Part shown: positions 38,556-47,284 of the stretch, piece after piece | Layout: each line of letters begins with the position of its first letter | Numbering within the stretch: the stretch's first letter is position 1 | NCBI GenBank assembly: GCA_050174575.1 | Contig: JBFXJT010000007.1 | Location: forward strand, 6,648 to 70,647 | DNA length: 64,000 nucleotides | Source of the DNA: Bacilli bacterium | GTDB taxonomy: Bacteria > Bacillota_I > Bacilli_A > ML615J-28 > CAG-698 | Direction of reading: 5' to 3' | Notes under the pieces: model-generated | The model's input: only the letters and a program-made list of their open reading frames with translations | Database searches by the model: none | Told to the model about the DNA's origin: nothing | Program-made: the position numbers and the translations under genes

Positions 38556-40904
38556 CTAGATTGTTTTCATTTTAATTACTTGCAAAACATCAACCATAAT
38601 TTGACCATCAGCAAATAACGACATTTCCGATGCATTGTTATAAACCATCGCCGTCAATGTTTGATACCCATTGATGTATATTTCAATCATTGCTCCATCA
38701 ATAAATATTTCTAAATCTAATACTTCCCCAGGAAGAAGAGAAATTCCTCCCCCAAAGATTCCTTTCACAACACTATTTCCAGAATTAGTTGTATCAATTG
38801 AAATAAATTGATCGATTGCGTTATAATTTAGGACTGTCTTTCTCCCTAGTTGATCTTCTTTTAAAGTAAGTCCAAAATTTTGAGAATTTTCATTAGTTAA
38901 TTGAACATGCAAGTATAACTGATTGCCGACCACTGATGCTAAAGCTTGGTTTGCAAATTCAATATTAGTATCTTTTTTATCAACAATGACATCAGTTTTT
39001 AAATTATTTAATTCGTTTAAAGGGGTAATTTTTAAACTGCCGGCATCATCAAGTGACAATTGACGAGGAATACCAGCAGTATGGGCCCATCCTGCATCAT
39101 AATCTTGATGACCATTTCGTTGGCCTTGAATAATGCTACAAATTAAAACACGTCCTGTTAGGGGATCCGTCGAAACCGTTGGCCCCGTAAACACATTGTT
39201 CCCAAAATCCATTAATTTTGGATCTTCATGTTCAGGAATAAAAGTCATCGTTGTTTTATCGAAGTCCCCCAAATAATAGTAAATATCATTATCCGCACCA
39301 GAACCCGCGGGAGAAAACGCAAATATATACTTAGAAACTGTTTTATTAGCGTTCGTTATTTTCGCAAGATTTACTAATTCCCATGTCGTACCCATATAAT
39401 TATGATAAACAGAAGGCATGAACAGTTCGCCTTGATAATCCCAATTCAAAAAAGAATCGTCTTGAGTTGTAAATACTTGGGCAGTTCCTTTATTATCATA
39501 ACGAGCAGATCCGACAAACATGTAGTAAGTTCCATCTTCAAAATAAATATTTGGATCACGAAATTCGTTTGTTTTGGCCATTGATGGTGTTGAGACGGCT
39601 ACTAATTGATCGCTTACATCCCACTCCGTTAAATCAGGATCGCTTAAATCTTTCGGTATTGCAATGGCGATATTTTGATTGCTCCATTGCCCAAAGCTTT
39701 TGGCATCATCACCGGCTGTAAAAAATAATACGGGTGTTCCATCAGCTTTGTATGACGCTCCTCCCGACCAAATACCATCAGGACAAACAGAATTTTTCAT
39801 AAGAATAATGGCTTCTTTCACATTGCGCCAATTGACCATATCAGGACTTACCCAATGACCCCATGCAATTTGCCGCCAGTATGGCCCAGTAAGATTAAAT
39901 TGATAAAACAAATGGTAATTTCCATTGAAATAAAACAAAGCATGTGGTTCATTCATCCAATGTTGAGGTGGTGAAGCATGATATTGAGGTTTGTATATAT
40001 CATCATCTAGCAATTCGTCATTAAGCCAAGCATCTTTAAAATCAATGGCTTTCATGCGGTTTTTTTGTACAAAACTGTTGTGATAGGCTATTATATCCTC
40101 TTCTTTAATTGATGCTTGGTAAATTTTAAGTTCGTCCATTAAACCATTGAACATATTAATTTCATAAAGGCCTGTTTTTTGGGGAACCTGGCTTTTTCCG
40201 ATATACAAAGATGTATTCGCAGCAATAATCTCGCCAAATACATCATTGTGAAAATTAATTATTTCCCCGTTTTTGTATATCCCCATAAATCCGTTTGTTC
40301 CATCAAAAACAAAGGTAAGATGATTCCAAGTATAACGGTCAAGATCATTCCACTCATTCCAAAGTTTAACCCAGCGATCGCCAAGTCCTATTTGAAAGGA
40401 ATATTCACCATATTTATGCATGCCGATAACAAAACCTTGATTTTCTGACATGATGTATTGCCCTAAAACAACTTGCAAATGCTCCGTTCCGTTAACAACT
40501 GCTCCTGGAACATCCCATTCAAACATCCTTGGGCTAATGAATAAATCAATAGTTAAGTTAGGACCGCTAATTTGAATATCCTGATAATCATATTTTATAT
40601 AATTCGAATAACCATCAAAGGCTAAACATGCACCACTAATTGCTGAATTTGTAATCCAAGTTGGATCAATCGATTGCTTGTATTCAGCATCCGTGAAGAC
40701 ATATTCAATCGTGGCTTTTGTCATTGTTGTTTGTTCAGTAAGTTCGTTACCTTCATTTTCATCAAAAGAAGTTGCAAATATTAATTTATCTTGATAAGGG
40801 TCATGATAATCGTGATAATAAATTGCATCCTCCTCTGTTTTTGCACAACCAATAAAGGCCATCATTAAACAAAAAACTGTGATAATTAATAAACCTTTTT
40901 TCAA
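38556..40904 (-). CDS. GH32-like lipoprotein with N-terminal LamG-like domain; paralog with NEPHA motif
   Basis: Lipobox FIGC. WMNEPHALFYFNGNYHLFYQFN...WGHWVSPDMVNW; RDP retained (EFRDPNIYF); EC replaced by EL (WELVNL). Confidence 0.75.
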   Translation of the reverse strand: MKKGLLIITVFCLMMAFIGCAKTEEDAIYYHDYHDPYQDKLIFATSFDENEGNELTEQTTMTKATIEYVFTDAEYKQSIDPTWITNSAISGACLAFDGYSNYIKYDYQDIQISGPNLTIDLFISPRMFEWDVPGAVVNGTEHLQVVLGQYIMSENQGFVIGMHKYGEYSFQIGLGDRWVKLWNEWNDLDRYTWNHLTFVFDGTNGFMGIYKNGEIINFHNDVFGEIIAANTSLYIGKSQVPQKTGLYEINMFNGLMDELKIYQASIKEEDIIAYHNSFVQKNRMKAIDFKDAWLNDELLDDDIYKPQYHASPPQHWMNEPHALFYFNGNYHLFYQFNLTGPYWRQIAWGHWVSPDMVNWRNVKEAIILMKNSVCPDGIWSGGASYKADGTPVLFFTAGDDAKSFGQWSNQNIAIAIPKDLSDPDLTEWDVSDQLVAVSTPSMAKTNEFRDPNIYFEDGTYYMFVGSARYDNKGTAQVFTTQDDSFLNWDYQGELFMPSVYHNYMGTTWELVNLAKITNANKTVSKYIFAFSPAGSGADNDIYYYLGDFDKTTMTFIPEHEDPKLMDFGNNVFTGPTVSTDPLTGRVLICSIIQGQRNGHQDYDAGWAHTAGIPRQLSLDDAGSLKITPLNELNNLKTDVIVDKKDTNIEFANQALASVVGNQLYLHVQLTNENSQNFGLTLKEDQLGRKTVLNYNAIDQFISIDTTNSGNSVVKGIFGGGISLLPGEVLDLEIFIDGAMIEIYINGYQTLTAMVYNNASEMSLFADGQIMVDVLQVIKMKTI

Positions 40905-40916
40905 ATTACCACTTCC

Positions 40917-41843
40917 TTACTTCAATCCAGTAAAAGCGACACCTTCAATAATATATCTTTGAGCAAAAATATAAACTAAGGCGATCGGAATCGTACTAAA
41001 TGTTAAGGATGCCATAACTAAAGAAATATCTTTCGGATTAAAATTATTAATCAACTGTAAAAATACTTGCAAAGGTTGTTGCACTGGATTAGAGAACATT
41101 AATTGTGCAAACACATATTCGTTCCAACTTCCCATAAATGTAAAAATAGCGACTGTTGCAAATACTGGCAATGATAGAGGAACAATAACCTTAAAGAAGG
41201 TTGTTAATTTACTAGCACCATCAACATAAGCTGCTTCTTCTAATTCTTTAGGAATTCCCAAGAAAAAAGCCCGAAACATGAAGATATAAAAGGGACTAAC
41301 AATACCTGGTAATAAATAACCAATGACTCTCAATTCTGCTGTCAATAATCCCAAATTTTTTAAAATAACATACAAAGGAACAATAGAAGTCTCAACAGGA
41401 ACAATTAATATTAAAATAATGATACTAACGATGGTTTTATGACCAGGAAAAACAAAACGAGACAACGCATAACCGGCAAGTGAGTTAACTAATAAAACAC
41501 CTGTAATCGAAATTGTTGCATAAATGACACTGTTAAGAATGGATCTTCCAAAATTATCAAAAGTTGCAAATAAATTTTGATAAGATAAAAACCATTTGCT
41601 GATATTCCAAGTAGCTGGTAAAAAGGTTTTTATGGAATTGATGGAGGCATACACTTCTGCTTGAGTTTTAAAACTATTCGAAAGCATCCATACTACAGGA
41701 AATAAAAAGATAATGCATAGCACGATTAAAAAAATTCTAAATAATGTTTTCGCAATTATTTCACGAACTGAGTAATGTCTTTTTTGTTTTTTAGGCAATT
41801 GTAGTATTGATAATGGAATGTTTTTTCGCTTCTTTTTCATCAT
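40917..41843 (-). CDS. Carbohydrate ABC transporter permease (MalG-like)
   Basis: EAA loop EAAYVDGASKLTTFFKVIVPLSLP and six TM segments. Start placed at the internal MMKKKRK, since the long-ORF start overlaps the upstream permease by 23 nt. Confidence 0.8.
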   Translation of the reverse strand: MMKKKRKNIPLSILQLPKKQKRHYSVREIIAKTLFRIFLIVLCIIFLFPVVWMLSNSFKTQAEVYASINSIKTFLPATWNISKWFLSYQNLFATFDNFGRSILNSVIYATISITGVLLVNSLAGYALSRFVFPGHKTIVSIIILILIVPVETSIVPLYVILKNLGLLTAELRVIGYLLPGIVSPFYIFMFRAFFLGIPKELEEAAYVDGASKLTTFFKVIVPLSLPVFATVAIFTFMGSWNEYVFAQLMFSNPVQQPLQVFLQLINNFNPKDISLVMASLTFSTIPIALVYIFAQRYIIEGVAFTGLK

Positions 41844-41850
41844 TATCACC

Positions 41851-42783
41851 TCAAATTGTGTTATCTTTCTCAAAGACTTTTCTTAAGGTTAAAGCAATCG
41901 TAGCCATAAAGATGGTATAAATTAAAGCGATGGCACTTGAATAACCAACATCCCGGAAATTAATACCTTGCAAATAAATATAATAAGACATCGTTAAGGT
42001 CCGGTCAATCGGACCTCCTCTTGTCATAATCATTGGTTGGGTAATCAACCTAAATGCCCCAATCATCATTGTAATCAGCACAAATGAGAATGTAGGCTTG
42101 ATGCTAGGAAGGGTAATCCGCCAGAATTGTTGGAATTTATTCGCTCCATCGATGCTTGATGCTTCATACAGCTCTTTTGGAATATTTTTTAGTGCTGACA
42201 AGAAAATTAACATTTGGTAACCTGCTCCCTGCCAAGCAGAAATCATGACAATTAAATCCATGGCTTGTTCGGGATCGCTTAAGAAAAGTTGTCTCGATAA
42301 ACCAATAGTTTCAAGGAGGGCATTTATCAATCCATCTTGCTCATTCAATAAGTTAATCCATAACATCGATGTGACCGCCAATGACAACATTGTTGGCACA
42401 AAGAATGCCCATCTAAAAAAGGTATTTCCCTTCATTGGCTTATTTAAAATCAAGGCTAACAAAAGAGCTGCACCAAGTTGTAACGGAATAACTTTTAAAA
42501 CAAATTCCATTGTGTTTTTAAATGCTTGAAGAAGAATTTTATCTTGAAAGGCATTTTTAAAGTTTGCAAAACCAATAAAAGTTGTATTATTTAACTCTAA
42601 TAAATTGGCATCTGTAAACGAATAGGCTAGAGAAATAACAATGGGCATAATGACAAATATAATTCCTAAAATAACAGCAGGAAGCAAAAAACTCCAACCT
42701 ATAATCGTATCAGAAGTTCGGTATGTTTTCCCAAATAATTTAAAATACATTCGGGTATTTGGTTTTTTTACAGATCCTACCAT
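41851..42783 (-). CDS. Carbohydrate ABC transporter permease (MalF-like)
   Basis: EAA loop EASSIDGANKFQQFWRITLP and six TM segments. Confidence 0.8.
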   Translation of the reverse strand: MVGSVKKPNTRMYFKLFGKTYRTSDTIIGWSFLLPAVILGIIFVIMPIVISLAYSFTDANLLELNNTTFIGFANFKNAFQDKILLQAFKNTMEFVLKVIPLQLGAALLLALILNKPMKGNTFFRWAFFVPTMLSLAVTSMLWINLLNEQDGLINALLETIGLSRQLFLSDPEQAMDLIVMISAWQGAGYQMLIFLSALKNIPKELYEASSIDGANKFQQFWRITLPSIKPTFSFVLITMMIGAFRLITQPMIMTRGGPIDRTLTMSYYIYLQGINFRDVGYSSAIALIYTIFMATIALTLRKVFEKDNTI

Positions 42784-42793
42784 TTTTCACCTC

Positions 42794-44134
42794 TTAATTG
42801 TCAATTTGAACGACTTGAGTGTCAATGTAATCTTCTAAATTGTATTCTGTTGTTCCATTCATTGTTTCGATGTATTCAATAATTTTACTGTAGCTACTAC
42901 TTACTTTAGGATAGTTGATCATTTTTGGTCGGGGAGTAGCAATTTCTTGTAAAATAGTTGCTAATGAACCTAAAGCTCCCGTTTGGAATCCTGTTAAATC
43001 ATTCAAAAGTGATTTATGGGTTGGAAATGTTCCAATTGATTCATACATTAATTGGCTTCCAGTAACTCCTGTTATATAAGCAACAGCAATCGCTGCTGAA
43101 GCAGGATCGGATGAATTAACCGTTACTCCAAATCCCCATGAACCACAACCAGCAACCGGCGTTCCTTTTGTAGTTTCGTCTTCATAAACAGGCATCGGCA
43201 TAATTCCATAACTTGGAATAAAAGTATTATAATTTTTCTTAATCGTCGAAATATTCCATGGTCCGTGAATTTCAAAAGCGCATTCTCCACCTGCTAAAGC
43301 ATCTGTATTGCTGCCATTGTAAACCCAAGGTTCGCCATCATCATCGGGGTTGAAGAACATTTCTAACATTTTAATTCCTTTAATAGAATTAGAAGAGTTA
43401 AGGGCACCATCAACGACTTCATTGGCGCCAAAGAAACTCCCACCTGAAGAATATATTAATGATGAATATAAATACATGACACCTTCATCGCCACCAAATC
43501 CTAAGTTCAATTTAATTCGATATTCAAGGTTGGCAGCTTTTAGGGCAACCATTGCTTCCATAACATCAAGCCAAGACCAAGGATTAGTAACTGTCCCAAA
43601 ATCTTCTTCATCATAACCAACTTGCTTTAATAAATCCTTATTAAAATACATTCCAGTTGGCGCATCCATACCGGATAAAGCATATAATTTTCCATCAATC
43701 GTACTTTGTTCGATGACGCTGTCAACATAACTCGAAGTAATATCAGTTGTTAAATATTGATCAATCGGTGCTAAAATGCCCGCATCAGCATAAGCAGCTA
43801 TATTAGGGGCATCAACAGCAACAATGTCAGGAAGTCCTCCTGATAGAATTTCCGCGTTGATTGCTGTTTGTAAAGTATCAGAACTGTTTTTAAATTCTAA
43901 TTTCATTTTTAAAATTCTTGTTCCATCAGCAGTTTTTAATTGTTGTTCATTAAACAATTCAGCAATTGTGGAATAAACAATCCCTTCATCTTCTGCTTCG
44001 GATTTATGAACCCAAACCTTAATTACTTTTACCTCGTCCGTATCTTCATCTTCTGCTGGACCACAACCAACAAACACCAAGAAACTAAGCAAAAGTACCA
44101 TAACACTTAAAAAAAGTTTTCCAAAATTTTTCAT
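42794..44134 (-). CDS. Extracellular solute-binding lipoprotein (family 1, CUT1 sugar ABC)
   Basis: Lipobox FVGCGP; 446 aa SBP_bac_1-like. It is the first gene of the fructan operon. Confidence 0.8.
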   Translation of the reverse strand: MKNFGKLFLSVMVLLLSFLVFVGCGPAEDEDTDEVKVIKVWVHKSEAEDEGIVYSTIAELFNEQQLKTADGTRILKMKLEFKNSSDTLQTAINAEILSGGLPDIVAVDAPNIAAYADAGILAPIDQYLTTDITSSYVDSVIEQSTIDGKLYALSGMDAPTGMYFNKDLLKQVGYDEEDFGTVTNPWSWLDVMEAMVALKAANLEYRIKLNLGFGGDEGVMYLYSSLIYSSGGSFFGANEVVDGALNSSNSIKGIKMLEMFFNPDDDGEPWVYNGSNTDALAGGECAFEIHGPWNISTIKKNYNTFIPSYGIMPMPVYEDETTKGTPVAGCGSWGFGVTVNSSDPASAAIAVAYITGVTGSQLMYESIGTFPTHKSLLNDLTGFQTGALGSLATILQEIATPRPKMINYPKVSSSYSKIIEYIETMNGTTEYNLEDYIDTQVVQIDN

Positions 44135-44223
44135 TTTCGTTCATCCTTTCTTATTATTGTTGAAAATGTGAAAATAGTTTGTTTTATAAAGTGAAAAAGA
44201 GATCTAGAAAATACAAATTTAAG

Positions 44224-44237
44224 TGGAATCGTTTCCA
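44224..44237 (-). promoter_or_regulatory. LacI-type operator O2 (TGGAAtCGtTTCCA)
   Basis: 14-bp near-palindrome matching the LacI-family/cre consensus TGnAAnCGnTTnCA, ~50 nt downstream of the predicted TSS of the SBP gene. Confidence 0.65.
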
Positions 44238-44279
44238 TGTTTTGCTAAAAAAAAGAAAAAATCTTATTTTTTTAAAATG

Positions 44280-44293
44280 TGGAAACGATTCCT
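44280..44293 (-). promoter_or_regulatory. LacI-type operator O1 (AGGAATCGTTTCCA on the minus strand)
   Basis: Second copy, 13 of 14 identical to O2, immediately downstream of the -10 element and overlapping the TSS. The two operators are 56 bp centre to centre. Confidence 0.65.
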
Positions 44294-44305
44294 CTAGTTG
44301 CTTTT

Positions 44306-44334
44306 ATTTTAAACCACCCCGTTTTTTTTGTCAA
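44306..44334 (-). promoter_or_regulatory. Sigma70 promoter of the fructan operon
   Basis: Minus strand TTGACA (44329-44334), a 17-nt spacer, then TAAAAT (44306-44311). Confidence 0.6.
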
Positions 44335-44361
44335 GCGTTTTCTTTTATTATTTTTTAAAAA

Positions 44362-44391
44362 TAAAAAATACTATGGCGTTTCCCATAGTAT
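44362..44391 (-). terminator. Terminator after tRNA-Ser(CGA)
   Basis: AUACUAUGG-gaaacg-CCAUAGUAU followed by UUUUU on the minus strand. Confidence 0.7.
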
Positions 44392-44436
44392 CTAAAAACT
44401 GATTGTTATTCTCTTCTTATTTTCTTAATAATTTAA

Positions 44437-44527
44437 TGGCGGAGGAGAAGGGATTTGAACCCTTGCACCGTTTTACCGATCTGCTCGCTTTCGAGACGAG
44501 TCCCTTCAGCCGCTTGGGTACTCCTCC
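44437..44527 (-). tRNA. tRNA-Ser (anticodon CGA)
   Basis: 91 nt: GGAGGAG-TA-CCCAAGCGGCTGAAGGG-A-CTCGT-CTCGAAA-GCGAG-(19-nt variable arm)-AAGGG-TTCAAAT-CCCTT-CTCCTCC-GCCA. The long variable arm is characteristic of Ser. Confidence 0.85.
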
Positions 44528-44533
44528 AAATTT

Positions 44534-45331
44534 CTAGTCATTTTTTGTTTTTAAAAATTCATAAAAGTCGTTAACAACCTGTACTAATTCCCAATCTAAA
44601 TACTCTAAAGCCTGAATTTTTAAATCGTCTGGAATACCATAGTATGCTTCCGCAAGATTACCTGTAATTGCTCCTAGTGTATCACTATCACCACCAATGG
44701 AAATGGCATTTCGAATGGCATCTTCAAAAGAATATGATTCAAAAAAAGCAACAATTGCTTGAGGAACAGTTCCTTGGCAAGTCTCATCAAAAGTGTAATT
44801 GTCCCTTATTTGATCCAAAGTAAAATTAAGAGCATAATAATGAGCTTTAATGAATGCTCGCATTACTTCAATGGATGTTTTCTTTTTCGCAAGCACCATC
44901 AACCTTGCGATTGCTTCTGCACCCTTCATTCCTTCAGGATGGTTATGAGTGATAGCAGTTACTTTCTCGGATAAACTGATGGCCTCTTCTTCCGTTCTCG
45001 CAATCAATCCTACCGGACCAATGCGCATTGCTGCACCATTACCATAACTACCGTATGGTTCAGGTTTCGAAGTAAAAAGCCAACGAAAAAAATTACCCCC
45101 ATAACCCACATCAGGGTATAAGTTTCCAAAATAACGCATTTGTTCAATAGCCCTTGCTGATAATTTTTGATAATCACCTTGACAATCCATCAAGGCTTTT
45201 CCGATAGCTATTGACATTACTGAGTCATCAGTAAAAAAACAATTGGGTGTGAATAATGAAAATTCTTTACTTTTATTATTATCCCACTCAAATCTAGAAC
45301 CAACAATATCACCAATTATGGCTCCTAGCAT
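44534..45331 (-). CDS. ADP-ribosylglycohydrolase family protein (DraG-like)
   Basis: 265 aa with MLGAIIGDIVGSRFEW at the N-terminus and GGDSDTLGAITG at the C-terminus, the ADP-ribosylglycohydrolase metal-binding regions. Its stop lies 6 nt from the tRNA-Ser 5' end. Confidence 0.8.
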   Translation of the reverse strand: MLGAIIGDIVGSRFEWDNNKSKEFSLFTPNCFFTDDSVMSIAIGKALMDCQGDYQKLSARAIEQMRYFGNLYPDVGYGGNFFRWLFTSKPEPYGSYGNGAAMRIGPVGLIARTEEEAISLSEKVTAITHNHPEGMKGAEAIARLMVLAKKKTSIEVMRAFIKAHYYALNFTLDQIRDNYTFDETCQGTVPQAIVAFFESYSFEDAIRNAISIGGDSDTLGAITGNLAEAYYGIPDDLKIQALEYLDWELVQVVNDFYEFLKTKND

Positions 45332-45357
45332 GTTTTTTCTCCTTACTAATTATTTTA

Positions 45358-46074
45358 TCATATTTCCGAGCTTTTTTCAAGATTTTGTCCGTTTTTCCCT
45401 AGTTTTCCATCGGCCCAACTAAGGACCCAAACAATGCCCAAAAGAATAATTAAAAGTCCGATGGCATTGATAATTACCGAATTCCATCCCAATACATCAA
45501 CATCTAAGAATGGATAAGGATAATAAGTTGTCACTTCTTGGCCCATGTTTTGCAAAGGTTCTCCGACCTTTGCCCGAATCATTATAAAGATAAAGTAGGC
45601 AAACGGATAAGAAAGCCACAAAATGGCTTTCTTAAAAGAAACCTTTCCTTTTGCACAAAACAACATATAATCAGCAACAGTCAGTAACGGAACGATATAA
45701 TGAAGTAAAATATTACCAAAAGCAAATTTAATTCCTTCCCATTCATACCCTTCGGAAAAAGTATAATCATTTAATAAAGTTGCATAAACTAAAAAAGTAA
45801 CTAAAATGATAAAAACATTTCCTAGTTGAATGATAGGGGAAATTGTCGCGGGTTTACCTTTTTCACCATGGAAAGTAAATAATCTTATGTCTTTCAAAAG
45901 TAAAACGAAACTAATTAAAATCGTAATAATATTACTTTGAATAGTATAAAAAACAAACATTTCCATCGGAAAAGAAACCTTTTCGCTCATAATAACTAAA
46001 TTGATACCTAACAATCCAAAAGCAATAATTGCTAAACGCATAAATAATGAATACATTCTGTTTTCGATAAGCAT
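45358..46074 (-). CDS. Integral membrane protein of unknown function (6 TM)
   Basis: 238 aa, hydrophobic throughout, no recognised motifs. Confidence 0.45.
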   Translation of the reverse strand: MLIENRMYSLFMRLAIIAFGLLGINLVIMSEKVSFPMEMFVFYTIQSNIITILISFVLLLKDIRLFTFHGEKGKPATISPIIQLGNVFIILVTFLVYATLLNDYTFSEGYEWEGIKFAFGNILLHYIVPLLTVADYMLFCAKGKVSFKKAILWLSYPFAYFIFIMIRAKVGEPLQNMGQEVTTYYPYPFLDVDVLGWNSVIINAIGLLIILLGIVWVLSWADGKLGKNGQNLEKSSEI

Positions 46075-46126
46075 ATAGGGTTCCTCTTAACCATTATTAT
46101 ATCAAAAGCCCCAACATAACTCAACA

Positions 46127-46149
46127 ATGAAAAAAGCCCCCAAACGGGG
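46127..46149 (-). terminator. Rho-independent terminator after the leucine dehydrogenase gene
   Basis: GCCCCC-guuu-GGGGGC followed by UUUUUU on the minus strand. Confidence 0.8.
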
Positions 46150-46188
46150 GCAATATTAATTGTTATTTCCTTAATGACAAACCATTAA

Positions 46189-47268
46189 TTATAAATGTTT
46201 TTCTTTAGGGATAAAATTGCTTCGAATCTTACCAATCAAGGCGATTCTTTCTTCAGCAAATTTATTAGCAGCCAGTTGCGTATTAATCTTATGCTTCTTC
46301 GAATAATCAAAAATGATTAATAAGCGATCATATATTTGTTTAATTACTTTCAAAGTACGTTCACGATTATAAGGAGGTGTAAATTCTTGGTAAACATTGA
46401 CTACGCCACCAGCATTGATCACGTAATCAGGAGCATACAAAATACCTCGATCCATTAACATATCACCGTGTTTCTTTTCATCTAGTAAAACATTATTAGC
46501 AGCACCAGCAATTATTTCACAATTCAATGTTGGGATTGTATCATCATTTAAAATTGCTCCAACAGAATTTGGTGAGAAAATATCACATTTTACGGCATAA
46601 ATATCTTCACATTTTACAGCTGTAGCCCCAAAATCTTTAACTGCTCGTTCAACACGGTCTTTCTTGATATCGGTAACAATCAGTTTTGCACCTTCTTGGT
46701 ACAAGTATTCACAAAGAGTATAGCCAACGGCTCCTAATCCTTGGACTGCTACAACTTTTTCTAGTAAACTATCATTTCCCCATTTTTCTTTTGCACAAGC
46801 TTTAATTCCCCAATAAACTCCATAGGCTGTTACAGGTGATGGATTACCCGACATGTCAGCACGTCCGTTGACATAGTTTGTTTCCATCATTAGATAATCA
46901 ACATCATATTCGTTAATATTCATATCTTCGCCGGTGAAAAAGCGTCCGCCTAAAGATTGAACATAACGACCGTAAGCTCGCAAATAAGCCTCCGTCTTTA
47001 CTTTTTGTGGATCACCAATCAAGACTGTTTTTCCACCACCGCAATTTACACCGGATGCAGAGCACTTATAAGTCATTCCTCTTGAAAGACGAACAACATC
47101 AAATAATGCATCATCTTCGCTCTCGTATTTAAAAAGACGAGTTCCCCCAATGGCTGGGCCTAAAACGGTGTCGTGGATAGCAGTGATTCCTTTTAATCCT
47201 GTTGCTTTGTCATAAAAATAGATAATTTGTTCGTGTCCATACTTTTCCATGTAATCAAAAACTTTCAT
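46189..47268 (-). CDS. Leucine dehydrogenase (Glu/Leu/Phe/Val dehydrogenase family)
   Basis: 359 aa. Near-collinear with B. subtilis Bcd (MKVFDYMEKYGHEQ...GGTRLF...GGGKTVLIGDP); family signature GGGK present. Confidence 0.85.
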   Translation of the reverse strand: MKVFDYMEKYGHEQIIYFYDKATGLKGITAIHDTVLGPAIGGTRLFKYESEDDALFDVVRLSRGMTYKCSASGVNCGGGKTVLIGDPQKVKTEAYLRAYGRYVQSLGGRFFTGEDMNINEYDVDYLMMETNYVNGRADMSGNPSPVTAYGVYWGIKACAKEKWGNDSLLEKVVAVQGLGAVGYTLCEYLYQEGAKLIVTDIKKDRVERAVKDFGATAVKCEDIYAVKCDIFSPNSVGAILNDDTIPTLNCEIIAGAANNVLLDEKKHGDMLMDRGILYAPDYVINAGGVVNVYQEFTPPYNRERTLKVIKQIYDRLLIIFDYSKKHKINTQLAANKFAEERIALIGKIRSNFIPKEKHL

Positions 47269-47284
47269 GCAAATCCTCCTTTTG

